Assembly (NCBI GenBank): GCA_021163505.1
Contig: JAGGVE010000041.1
Span: 1 to 48,434 of the forward strand
Length of the DNA: 48,434 nucleotides
Direction: 5' to 3'
Source: Candidatus Iainarchaeum sp.
GTDB taxonomy: Archaea > Iainarchaeota > Iainarchaeia > Iainarchaeales > DTGL01
The notes below the pieces were generated by a model. It was given only the letters and a program-made list of their open reading frames with translations, did no database searches and was not told the DNA's origin. Of this stretch, positions 28,021 to 36,884 are shown in pieces. A program made the position numbers and the translations under genes. Position 1 is the stretch's first letter. The number at the start of each line of letters is the position of its first letter.

Positions 28021-29529
28021 CTATTTGCTTAAATCAACGCTGAAATACCTTGCAATGAATGGGTGAATCCTCTTTAGTTCCAGATAGCATTGCTGTGCTA
28101 CCTTGCGATAGCTTTTGTGGCCTGCTTTTCCTGTGCGCAGGCGAATCACATGATAAAGCTCGCGTAGATTCCAAGTATAAAGGACTCTCTTTTTATAAGC
28201 CAAAGGTACGCAATATTGCGCCTCATAAGGCATTTCTTCAGCAAGCTTTCCATAGAGCTCTTTAGCCTCTTTCATAAGCTCTTTGAATTCATTGCCAAGC
28301 CCGGCTTCTTTCATTTCTTTTGGCATGCTGAATCCATGCTTTGTACTTAGTAGCTGCGTTGTTTGCGTGCACATCCTATGCCTTTGTAAATCTCTGTATG
28401 CGCCATAATCAACAAGTATTTCAAATGTATAGTAAATGTGCTCAAGCTCGCGAAGCGGAGCATCTTTATCAGTAATTCTTTTGAAAAATTCCTCAAACAC
28501 CTTTTGCTTCTTCTCCCTGCTCAGTTTCTTTACCTTTGCAAGAACCTTCTCAAATGGTTCATGCAGGTGCTTATAAAGCATAGCAGCAACAAGCTTGTTC
28601 TCAGCATCTTTATCATAGCTCACAACCCTGACCTCAAACTCCTTTCCTTCGCACCCTTCTTCGCTATTTTCTTCTTTGCTTTCTCCAATTTCTCTCAACG
28701 CTAATTTCCTCAATGCTTTCTCAGTTTCTTCAATGTAGCTGCTTTTTTCAGCAGCTTTCATTAAAGTTGGCAAAAACTTGCTTGCCTCTTCCTTAATCTG
28801 TATCCCTACATCGCGAGCTTCTTCTAAAGGGTATGAGAGGAGCTTCTCTATCGCATGCACTAACGAGCGAGCGTTGAAAGTAGCGCCTAAGTTCGTTAGC
28901 GTTGCCGCTGGCAGAGTATAACGCATAACATCGCAAGCCCTGCTCTTAGTGAGCGACTCATAGAAGCGCTCATTCATTTGTTCATGCTTAGGATACTTTT
29001 CCCTCATAAACGCAAGCATTGTATTAAAGTTGTTCGTATAAAAATCAAAAAGCGAATTCATGGTTTGCTTATAATCGCTAGCAAATCTAGAATTCATTAT
29101 TCTCTTTGGTTTATAGTAGCTGTTCCTATCAAATATCTGGTAACGCGTGCTTTTTTCAGTATAGCTTGCTAAGCGATTATCTTCAATCAATTTTGTAAAT
29201 AAGATGCTCACTCTTTCTATTGCAATATTTAGCACTGCATGCTCCGCAACACTAAAATGCCCAAACCCAACAACCCATTTTTTATGGAATTCAGCAGCTT
29301 TCTTCTGCGCCTCTAAAAAATAGCTTGTACTTTTCTCAGAGGCAAAACCAAGCTCATCGCTCTTTATAAGCTTTAGCAGATTATCTCTGAAGCTAGCAGG
29401 CGATCTGCTCACATAAGCAAATAGAACACTTACAACTTCGGGCGGGACATTATAAACAACATAGACCTGCTTATCCAGATTGCTCACGTGCCTTGAGAGT
29501 ATTTCAGCATCCTCTTTTGAATAGTGCAT
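28021..29529 (-). CDS. thyX: Long-form (two-module) FAD-dependent thymidylate synthase ThyX-like protein
   Basis: N-module: 'GFGHFSVAEHAVLNIAIERVS...DNRLASYTEKSTRY'. C-module: 'YTFEILVDYGAYRDLQRHRMCTQT' and 'WNLRELYHVIRLRT'. The ORF track start 29613 would swallow the TATA-like box; the Met at 29529 has SD GAGGTG upstream. Confidence 0.62.
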   Translation of the reverse strand: MHYSKEDAEILSRHVSNLDKQVYVVYNVPPEVVSVLFAYVSRSPASFRDNLLKLIKSDELGFASEKSTSYFLEAQKKAAEFHKKWVVGFGHFSVAEHAVLNIAIERVSILFTKLIEDNRLASYTEKSTRYQIFDRNSYYKPKRIMNSRFASDYKQTMNSLFDFYTNNFNTMLAFMREKYPKHEQMNERFYESLTKSRACDVMRYTLPAATLTNLGATFNARSLVHAIEKLLSYPLEEARDVGIQIKEEASKFLPTLMKAAEKSSYIEETEKALRKLALREIGESKEENSEEGCEGKEFEVRVVSYDKDAENKLVAAMLYKHLHEPFEKVLAKVKKLSREKKQKVFEEFFKRITDKDAPLRELEHIYYTFEILVDYGAYRDLQRHRMCTQTTQLLSTKHGFSMPKEMKEAGLGNEFKELMKEAKELYGKLAEEMPYEAQYCVPLAYKKRVLYTWNLRELYHVIRLRTGKAGHKSYRKVAQQCYLELKRIHPFIARYFSVDLSK

Positions 29530-29620
29530 AAAAACACCTCTAAAAAGTAAAGGAAAAACTAATTTAATATTTCTTATATAATATTCGCTGTTTGCCGAAT
29601 TTTTTATTGGCAAAAAGCGT

Positions 29621-29636
29621 AACCTTTTTTAAGGTT
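29621..29636. promoter_or_regulatory. Perfect palindrome AACCTTTTTTAAGGTT in the thyX / HMG-CoA reductase divergent intergenic region
   Basis: 6-bp arms with a T4 centre. It overlaps a TATA-like T/A stretch about 30-45 nt upstream of the reductase start. Confidence 0.3.
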
Positions 29637-29658
29637 TGCAGAGCAATTCTTATACACG

Positions 29659-30918
29659 GTGCAACCTATGAATTCAGATATAAGTAAATTTTATGAGAAA
29701 AGCTGGGAGGAGCGCTTAACCATTTTAAAAGAGCGTTGCCAGCTTAACGAAGAGGAGATTTCCTTGCTTAAATCTCTCAAACCTCTGGATTTTAGCACCG
29801 CAAACATAATGATTGAAAATGTTATTGGCATATTTGGCTTGCCGCTTGCAGTAGCTACACATTTCAAAATAAACGGCAAGGACTATTTAATTCCAATGGC
29901 TATAGAGGAAAGCAGCGTTGTTGCTGCTGCAAGCAAAGCAGCAAAGCTTGCAAGGCTTACTGGCGGTTTTAAGGCAGAGGCTGCTGAGCAGATAATGATT
30001 GGTCAGATTCAGATCTTTGCTGCAAAGGAGAAACAAAAAGAAATTGTTGAGAAGATAAACGCCAATAAAAAAATGCTTCTTGAGAGAGCTAACACTTGCG
30101 ATGCTGTTCTCGTTTCTTTTGGCGGTGGTGCCCGCGATATTAAAATAAAGCGATTTGATGATTTTATGGTTTTGCATCTGCTTGTTGATGTAAGAGACGC
30201 TATGGGCGCCAACGCTGTAAACACAATGTGCGAAAAGCTCGCGTTCGAGATAGAAAAGCTTTGCGATTGTAAAATTGGTTTGAAGATTCTGTCAAACCTT
30301 GCGATTTATAGAATGGCCAAAGCTAAAGCGGTTTTTCCAAAGGAAGTTTTGGGCGAAGCAGTAGATGCAGTTATTGAAGCTTGGCGTTTCGCAAGCCTTG
30401 ATCAATTTAGGGCAACAACGCACAATAAAGGAATAATGAACGGCATTGATGCTGTTGCTATTGCTTGTGGCAACGATTTTCGCGCCTTGGAAGCAGGCGC
30501 TCATAGCTATGCCTGTTTGGATGGAAGATACAAGCCCTTAACGCGCTATTGGAAAGACAAGCAAGGCAACCTTGTTGGCGAAATAGAATTGCCAATACAA
30601 GTAGGCATTGTTGGAGGCTCTACGCGGGTAAACCCAATGGCAAAGCTCTGTTTAAAGATTCTTGGAGTCAAAAGTGCTAAAGAGCTTGCGTGCGTGCTTG
30701 CAAGCATTGGCTTAGCACAAAACTTTGCAGCTCTTTATGCTCTAGCAACTGAGGGCATACAGCGAGGCCATATGAGGTTGCATGCTGAAAACATTGCTGT
30801 TCAGGCAGGAGCAAAAGGCGCTGAAATAAAAAAAGTTGCTTTGAGAATGATTGAGATGCAAAGCATAAATGAAGCTACCGCTAAAGAAATACTTAAAGAG
30901 ATTAGGAAAGGTGCTTAG
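29659..30918 (+). CDS. hmgA: HMG-CoA reductase, class II
   Basis: 'ENVIGIFGLPLAVATHFKINGKDYLIPMAIEESSVVAAAS' and 'VRDAMGANAVNTM' match the class II (Pseudomonas mevalonii-type) pattern. About 415 aa with no membrane domain. The ATG at 29668, preceded by GGTG, may be the real start. Confidence 0.9.
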   Translation: MQPMNSDISKFYEKSWEERLTILKERCQLNEEEISLLKSLKPLDFSTANIMIENVIGIFGLPLAVATHFKINGKDYLIPMAIEESSVVAAASKAAKLARLTGGFKAEAAEQIMIGQIQIFAAKEKQKEIVEKINANKKMLLERANTCDAVLVSFGGGARDIKIKRFDDFMVLHLLVDVRDAMGANAVNTMCEKLAFEIEKLCDCKIGLKILSNLAIYRMAKAKAVFPKEVLGEAVDAVIEAWRFASLDQFRATTHNKGIMNGIDAVAIACGNDFRALEAGAHSYACLDGRYKPLTRYWKDKQGNLVGEIELPIQVGIVGGSTRVNPMAKLCLKILGVKSAKELACVLASIGLAQNFAALYALATEGIQRGHMRLHAENIAVQAGAKGAEIKKVALRMIEMQSINEATAKEILKEIRKGA

Positions 30919-30919
30919 A

Positions 30920-31951
30920 ATGAACGCTGGCATAATAGGTTATGGTGTGTATATTCCAAGACTAAGGATAAAGGTTAGCGAGATAGAGAGAGTGTGGCAG
31001 AGAAATGCTAGCGGTTTAGCGGTTAGCGAAAAAGCAGTTGCGGCAAGCGATGAGGACTCATGCACTATGGCTGTTGAGGCTGCTCGCAGAGGCATAGAAG
31101 ATTTTTCTATAAATCCAAAAAGAATAAACGCTATTTATATAGGTAGCGAATCACATCCTTATGCTGTTAATCCAACAGCAAGCATCGTAGGCGATGCCTT
31201 AGGAACAACAAATAAGTATTTTGCTGTGGATATGGAGTTTGCCTGCAAGGCAGGCACAGCAGGCTTGCAAGTATGCTATGCACTGAAAAAAGCTCGCATG
31301 ATAGATGTTGGCTTAGCTATTGGCACAGATACTGCCCAAAGCAAACCAAACGATGCTTTAGAATTCACTGCAGCAAGCGGAGCTGCGGCTTTTTTTATCG
31401 GCGATTCTAAGAATGAGATAATAGCAGAAATAGAGCACACCTGTAGCTTCACAAGCGATATGCCTGATTTCTGGCGCAGGCCGAGAGCAGAGTTTCCAGA
31501 ACACACTGGCAGATTTACTGGTGAAGCATACTTTAAGCACATTATAAATGCAGCAAAGCTATTAATGGAAGAAACCGGCTACAACGCTAGCGATTTTGAT
31601 TACGCTGTTTTCCACCAGCCGAATGGAAAGTTTCCGCTCAAAGCAGCCAAGATTTTAGGAATTCCTTCTGAGAAGGTAAAGCAAGGATTGCTAACGCCAC
31701 ATATAGGCAATACCTATAGCGCATCAACCCTTATTGGTTTAGCAAGCGTTTTAGATGTTGCCAGGCCAGGGCAAAAAGTGTTAGCGGTAAGCTATGGTAG
31801 CGGCGCAGGTAGCGACGCTTTTGTTTTGAATATAACGGAGAATATCAAAAACAGAAGAGCAAGCAGAGCTGTGCTTGAGATGATTAAGGAGAAGGAGTAC
31901 ATAGATTATGCCTTGTATGTAAGACATAGACACAAGATAAAGAGCTTGTAG
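30920..31951 (+). CDS. HMG-CoA synthase (archaeal type)
   Basis: 'MNAGIIGYGVYIPRLRI' and active-site Cys in 'DMEFACKAGTAG'. The ATG lies 1 nt after the hmgA stop. The ORF-track start at 30869 would overlap hmgA by 50 nt. Confidence 0.9.
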   Translation: MNAGIIGYGVYIPRLRIKVSEIERVWQRNASGLAVSEKAVAASDEDSCTMAVEAARRGIEDFSINPKRINAIYIGSESHPYAVNPTASIVGDALGTTNKYFAVDMEFACKAGTAGLQVCYALKKARMIDVGLAIGTDTAQSKPNDALEFTAASGAAAFFIGDSKNEIIAEIEHTCSFTSDMPDFWRRPRAEFPEHTGRFTGEAYFKHIINAAKLLMEETGYNASDFDYAVFHQPNGKFPLKAAKILGIPSEKVKQGLLTPHIGNTYSASTLIGLASVLDVARPGQKVLAVSYGSGAGSDAFVLNITENIKNRRASRAVLEMIKEKEYIDYALYVRHRHKIKSL

Positions 31952-31959
31952 GTGGTTTT

Positions 31960-33123
31960 ATGGGTGTTGTGATAGTCGGAGCAGGCATAACAAAGTTTGG
32001 TGAGCACTGGGACAAAGCATTTAGAGAGCTTATAGCAGAAGCAGGTATTAAAGCAATACAAAGCTCTGGTTTGCGAGGTGAGCAAATAGAGGCTATTTAT
32101 GGCGGCTGCATGGCGTCTGGCAGATTGATAGGGCAGGAGCATATTGGCGCATTAATTGCTGACCAGCTTGGTTTGAACCCAATTCCAAGCACGCGTTGCG
32201 AGGCTGCCTGCGCTTCAGGCAGCGTAGCTTTGAGAATGGCTTGCTTGGCAATAAAGAGCGGCTTGCACAGCATTGTTGCGGTTGGTGGCGTCGAAAAGAT
32301 GACTGAGTTAAATACAGAAGGAGTGAGCTTCGCTTTAGGTGGCGCAGGAGATCAAGAAATAGAGCTCTTCCATGGAGCAACCTTTCCAAGCCTATATGCA
32401 TTATTAGCTAGAGCCCACATGCATGCTTACGGCACAACAGAAGAGCAAATGGCTTCTGTAGCTGTGAAAAATCATGCTAATGCAATGCTGAATCCAAATG
32501 CACAGTTCCACAAAGAAATAACAATTGAACAGGTGATGAATTCCAACTATGTTGCAGAGCCAATAAAGCTTCTTGATTGCTCACCAATAACTGACGGTGC
32601 TGCAGCTCTTATATTATGCTCAAAGGATAAGGCAAAAGAGCTCGGTTTAAAAGGTGTTGAAATTGTTGCTTCGGAACAGGCATCGGATAGCTTAGCTTTA
32701 ACAGGCAGAAAGAGCCTAACTGAGTTGAGAGCTACGCGCATAGCAGCTCAAAAGGCATATGAAAAGGCAGGGATAACGCCAAGCAAAGTAGATTTTGCTG
32801 AGGTGCATGACTGCTTCACCATTGCCGAGATTCTTGCAATAGAAGACCTTGGCTTCTTCAAAAAAGGCGAGGGCGGCATCGCAAGCGAAAAAGGCAAAAC
32901 ATCACTAAAAGGAAAAATTCCAATAAATCCAAGCGGTGGCTTAAAAGCGAAAGGACATCCTGTAGGTGCTACAGGTGTTGCTCAAGCAGTGGAAGCTTAC
33001 TTACAATTAATGGGCTTAGCGGAGCAACGACAGATTAAAAACGCTAAAATTGGCTTAACGCATAATGTTGGTGGCTCCGGTGCTACAGCAGTTGTAACAA
33101 TCTATAAGAGGTTTAAGGGGTGA
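31960..33123 (+). CDS. Acetyl-CoA C-acetyltransferase (archaeal thiolase)
   Basis: 387 aa. Nucleophile Cys in 'RCEAACASGSVAL', plus 'GHPVGATG' and 'HNVGGSGATAVV'. Confidence 0.9.
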   Translation: MGVVIVGAGITKFGEHWDKAFRELIAEAGIKAIQSSGLRGEQIEAIYGGCMASGRLIGQEHIGALIADQLGLNPIPSTRCEAACASGSVALRMACLAIKSGLHSIVAVGGVEKMTELNTEGVSFALGGAGDQEIELFHGATFPSLYALLARAHMHAYGTTEEQMASVAVKNHANAMLNPNAQFHKEITIEQVMNSNYVAEPIKLLDCSPITDGAAALILCSKDKAKELGLKGVEIVASEQASDSLALTGRKSLTELRATRIAAQKAYEKAGITPSKVDFAEVHDCFTIAEILAIEDLGFFKKGEGGIASEKGKTSLKGKIPINPSGGLKAKGHPVGATGVAQAVEAYLQLMGLAEQRQIKNAKIGLTHNVGGSGATAVVTIYKRFKG

Positions 33124-33127
33124 TTGT

Positions 33128-33529
33128 ATGCAGAACATTGCTCCATTAAATTGGCGTCGTTTCCCAGAGCGCTATTTGCTTAAAGGCAATTACTGCGAGA
33201 ATTGTAAGCAGGCGTTCTTTCCTCCTCGTGCCATATGCCCAAACTGCAGGCGCAAAGGAAAGCTAGTGAGCATGGAAATGCCCCGCACAGGAAAAATAAT
33301 AAGCTATACAAAGGTTTACGTTCCGCCAGAAGGCTTCAAAAACGAAGCGCCTTACTATCTGGCAATAATTGAGCTTGAAAACGGCGCTCGCGTATTAAGC
33401 CAGATTGTTGATTCAGAACCAGAAAAGATCAAAATAGGAGCAAAGGTAAAGAAGGTGTTTAGGCGAATAGGCGAACCAGATAAATATGGAACAATAACTT
33501 ATGGGTATAAGTTTAAGGTTGTCGAATGA
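33128..33529 (+). CDS. DUF35 Zn-ribbon/OB-fold scaffold protein of the thiolase/HMG-CoA synthase complex
   Basis: 133 aa. 'CENCKQAFFPPRAICPNCRRKG' followed by an OB-fold-like segment. Positioned directly after the thiolase gene. Confidence 0.85.
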   Translation: MQNIAPLNWRRFPERYLLKGNYCENCKQAFFPPRAICPNCRRKGKLVSMEMPRTGKIISYTKVYVPPEGFKNEAPYYLAIIELENGARVLSQIVDSEPEKIKIGAKVKKVFRRIGEPDKYGTITYGYKFKVVE

Positions 33530-33605
33530 ATGAAATTTTATTCAAATTATCAAAAAAAGCAAAAACATTATGCAAAACGTTTACAAGTTTGCTTACCAGA
33601 CCTAT

Positions 33606-34280
33606 TTAGGGCAAAAAGTCCAAACCCGGAATTGTTTTTACGACATGGGCTTCCAATTTATTTATATACCTAATTATGCGTCTTTTTTCTTCTTCACTTA
33701 AGTTTTTTGCATCTTTCACCTCTAATTCTAACTCCCCAAGCTGTTGTAATTTGTATAAACGATCGTATTCATTCGCGGCAGCTTCGCCAATAGAAACGCC
33801 TGTGTGCTCTTTCATCTCTCTAAGTGCTTCTTGCGTTTCTTCAGGAGTAAGCTCTGCTTTAAAAGTATTCAAGACCATAAACTCGAAAAGTTTGCCTATA
33901 TTTTTAGCTGCTGGGCGAGTAGGCTCTGAAACTATAAGCTTTGCTCTTTTTATCGGGTCACGGACTTTTGCAAGTTTTTCCTGGAGACGAACGGATTTTT
34001 CAAGAAGTTCGTGCGCCCCTTTTCTAACTTCATAGGGAAGACTCTTGTCCATAGCAATCTTTCTGAGATACCGCTCACTTACTCCTGAAATAATATTTTG
34101 TTTTAGAAAGGAGAAAGTTTCTCTTAAAAGTTTTCTTGCTCTTTCGCGATTTCCTCTATGAAACTCTTTTCTTATTTCTGGTAGTAGGGCCCTCATCTTT
34201 CTGCTCAAGTGCTTTTCACTTGCTGTTAGTGGTTTTTTAGGAACCCTTCCAATAGGTTTTTTTGGCATAATACTCCCCAT
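33606..34280 (-). CDS. Hypothetical protein with basic N-terminus '(MGSI)MPKKPIGRVPKKP'
   Basis: 224-aa helical, charged ORF wedged on the opposite strand between the two mevalonate operons. No recognisable motif. Confidence 0.5.
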   Translation of the reverse strand: MGSIMPKKPIGRVPKKPLTASEKHLSRKMRALLPEIRKEFHRGNRERARKLLRETFSFLKQNIISGVSERYLRKIAMDKSLPYEVRKGAHELLEKSVRLQEKLAKVRDPIKRAKLIVSEPTRPAAKNIGKLFEFMVLNTFKAELTPEETQEALREMKEHTGVSIGEAAANEYDRLYKLQQLGELELEVKDAKNLSEEEKRRIIRYINKLEAHVVKTIPGLDFLP

Positions 34281-34360
34281 ATTTCTATATTTTAAGTTAT
34301 TTAAATAGTTTTGTTATTAGAATTATTAATTTAATGAAAAATATTGATTGACGGGGTTTT

Positions 34361-35314
34361 ATGCCTGCAAAACCAAGAAGAGTTAAAAGAACCAGAAAAG
34401 TCCCTCCACAAGCTAAGCAGCAGCATAGAAAGCTTTCTGCTCGCCTTCGTTGGCCTAAAAGAGCAAAAATAATAGAGCGCTACATTCGAATGACTTTTAA
34501 TAGACTTGCTCGAGAGGGCAAGCTTAGTGCAGCACATCATTTAGGGCACGTAGAAAGGGTTTCTTTCTATGCTGGGAAATATGTTGAGCTTCTCAGCAAA
34601 AATCCAGCGCTGCAAATACAGGCAAAAATTGCAGGCTTAACGCATGATAGAATAAGATATCCTACTGAACAAATATCGCATGAAGAAGCAAGCGCAAGAT
34701 TCATGGAATCCCTTTTTGCAAAGAGATATGGTGAAGAAGCAACAAAGCGCATTACAACAGCGATCGCTAAGCATGGAAAATTACCTGCATTGAGTGAGGT
34801 TGGAAGAAATGTTATAAGAGACGCAGTTGTTTTCGCAGATAAATTCTTTGAAGCAAACGGTGCTTACATCGCTTTCCGCAGGGCGATGTTCATGGGCGAG
34901 CGCAAGGATAGGCGCGAGGAAGCTCGGCGGAAAGGGTATAATTTAAACACTACGGAAGGTAGAAGAAAAGCAGCCATTGATTTTACCTTAGATGAAACGG
35001 AAAAAAGAATAGCCAGATTCTCTGATCCAAGTAAGATTCCCAAATTTTTACATCCATTTGTTAAGTATCAAGTAAGCTGGCAGATTAAGCTTAGAGACGC
35101 TCTACAAAGAAGAGAACCTTCAATTGTGAATATGGTTACTTATCTATTTGAAGAAGGGCTGAAACCAGGAAAAGAGAGAAGGCCTTTGGATGAAGTAATA
35201 AAGAGCTATAAACCAATTGGTAAATTAGATGCAGAATTTAAGCGAGAAGCTTTGCGTTATTTAAATGGCGAGCTCTGGGAAGAATTCGTTAAAAGGGTTA
35301 AGGTGCCTAAATAG
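34361..35314 (+). CDS. HD-domain (metal-dependent phosphohydrolase-like) protein with basic N-terminal tail
   Basis: 317 aa. 'AAHHLGHVERVSFYAGKYV...IAGLTHDRIRY' gives the H...HD pattern. N-terminus 'MPAKPRRVKRTRKVPP'. Ends 20 nt upstream of mvk on the same strand. Confidence 0.55.
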   Translation: MPAKPRRVKRTRKVPPQAKQQHRKLSARLRWPKRAKIIERYIRMTFNRLAREGKLSAAHHLGHVERVSFYAGKYVELLSKNPALQIQAKIAGLTHDRIRYPTEQISHEEASARFMESLFAKRYGEEATKRITTAIAKHGKLPALSEVGRNVIRDAVVFADKFFEANGAYIAFRRAMFMGERKDRREEARRKGYNLNTTEGRRKAAIDFTLDETEKRIARFSDPSKIPKFLHPFVKYQVSWQIKLRDALQRREPSIVNMVTYLFEEGLKPGKERRPLDEVIKSYKPIGKLDAEFKREALRYLNGELWEEFVKRVKVPK

Positions 35315-35334
35315 TAATATGTTGCTTTTATATA

Positions 35335-36339
35335 TTGGGTGGTTTTGTGCGTTTTGTTAAGGCAAGTGCTCCAGGCAATCTTTTCTTCGCTGGCGAGCAT
35401 GCAGTTGTTTATGGGTATCCGGGAATAATTGCGGCAATAGGAAAACGCACCTATTGTATAGCAAGCGAAAGAACTGACAGTAAGGTTTTGATCGATAGTA
35501 AAGAATTTGGCAAAGCTTCTGGTGTGCTTGAAAGCGCAACCGTTACTTCAAGAGAAGGAAAGAAAGAGCTAATGCCCTTATTCAATCTAATCGAGATTCT
35601 TGCAAAGAAACACGAAATTAAGAAAGGGCTGGAGCTCAAAATAGAATCAGAGATAGCTATAGAATCGGGAATGAGTTCAAGTACTGCTGTGCTAAGCGCA
35701 ATTCTCTGCTCTGTAAATGAGCTTTTAGGGCTAGGAATAGAAAAAAAAGAATATTTTGATTACCTCTATCCGTTGCAGGTTGAAATTCACGGAGGCAAAG
35801 CTTCAGGTAGCGAAATAATTTCCAGCTCAATAGGCGGCTACCACCGCATACGGAAGATTGAAAAGAAGGGAAAAGCGAGGCTCACCTGGAAAAGCCTGGG
35901 CGAGCATAGTTTCAGTGTGGTTATCGGCAATACTCGTGTTAGAGCCCCAACGATGCTCACAGTAAAGCACCATGTGCCTTCGCTTATGAAGCGTTTCCCA
36001 GGCGTGGTTGAGCAGGCATTTGAAAGGGTCGCAGTAATATGCAATAAGATGGAGAAAGCGCTTGCCGAAGAAGACGTTGAGCTTTTAGGTATTCTGATGA
36101 ACGAAAACCAGAGGCTGCTTGCTGAATTAGGTTTGAGCCATCCAAAGCTGGATGATTGCATAAATGAAGCTTTAAAAGCAGGCGCTTTAGGCGCAAAGCT
36201 TTCTGGCGGAGGTTGGGGCGGCGCTATGTTCGCTCTTGTAAGAGAAGGAGATGAACAGAAAGTAGCTAAGGCCATTGAAAGCACAGGCGCGGAAGCAATA
36301 ATAACCACAATTGGCGGAGCAGGAGCAAGATGCGAGTAA
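35335..36339 (+). CDS. mvk: Mevalonate kinase
   Basis: 'ASAPGNLFFAGEHAVVYG' and GHMP motif 'ESGMSSSTAV'. The ORF starts at TTG 35335. The in-frame GTG at 35347, preceded by GGGTGG, is an alternative start. Confidence 0.88.
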   Translation: MGGFVRFVKASAPGNLFFAGEHAVVYGYPGIIAAIGKRTYCIASERTDSKVLIDSKEFGKASGVLESATVTSREGKKELMPLFNLIEILAKKHEIKKGLELKIESEIAIESGMSSSTAVLSAILCSVNELLGLGIEKKEYFDYLYPLQVEIHGGKASGSEIISSSIGGYHRIRKIEKKGKARLTWKSLGEHSFSVVIGNTRVRAPTMLTVKHHVPSLMKRFPGVVEQAFERVAVICNKMEKALAEEDVELLGILMNENQRLLAELGLSHPKLDDCINEALKAGALGAKLSGGGWGGAMFALVREGDEQKVAKAIESTGAEAIITTIGGAGARCE

Positions 36340-36884
36340 TTGTTGGTATTTGTGGAGCTAGCGGAGTTAGCTACGCAAAGCTACTTCTTGAGGAGCTTAA
36401 AAAGCGCAAAATTGAAACGCATGTGATTACTTCTGATTGGGCTAAGAAAATATTACAGTATGAATTGCCAGAAGCAAAAATAGAAGAGCTAGCAAATTAC
36501 GTATATGACAATAGCGATTTAGCTGCAAACATTTCAAGCACAAGCTTTCTTACTGATGCAATGGTTATTCTACCCGCAACCGTTAAAACAGTTAGTGATA
36601 TCGCTAATGCCCATGTTGACAATTTAATCGCACGCTGTGCAGACAATATGCTCAGGCAGCACAAAAAGCTCATTGTTTGTATAAGAGAAACGCCGCTCAG
36701 TGCACCAACTTTGAAAAACCTTTATAAGCTGGCTTTGTATGGCGCAATAGTTTTTCCGCTAAGCCCCGCTTTTTACCACAAGCCAACAACAATAGAAGAG
36801 ATGCAAAGCTTTATAGTAGGAAAAATACTTGATTTATTAAGCATAGAGAACAATCTCTTTAAGAGGTGGAAAAATGAGCTTTAG
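36330..36884 (+). CDS. ubiX: Flavin prenyltransferase UbiX (prenyl-FMN synthase)
   Basis: 184 aa. 'MRVIVGICGASGVSYAKLLLEEL' is the flavoprotein fold N-terminus. Overlaps mvk by 10 nt and the UbiD-like gene by 11 nt. Confidence 0.87.
   Translation: MRVIVGICGASGVSYAKLLLEELKKRKIETHVITSDWAKKILQYELPEAKIEELANYVYDNSDLAANISSTSFLTDAMVILPATVKTVSDIANAHVDNLIARCADNMLRQHKKLIVCIRETPLSAPTLKNLYKLALYGAIVFPLSPAFYHKPTTIEEMQSFIVGKILDLLSIENNLFKRWKNEL

Noticed and set aside
29530-29613. 28-codon N-terminal extension of the ThyX-like ORF
   Set aside because: The extension contains the probable TATA-like box (ATTATATAAG in minus sense). The internal Met at 29529 is preceded by a GAGGTG Shine-Dalgarno-like site.
30869-30919. 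Upstream extension of the HMG-CoA synthase ORF (MKLPLKKYLKRLGKVLR...)
   Set aside because: It would overlap the reductase gene by 50 nt. The conserved N-terminus 'MNAGIIGYG' begins at the ATG at 30920, right after the reductase stop.
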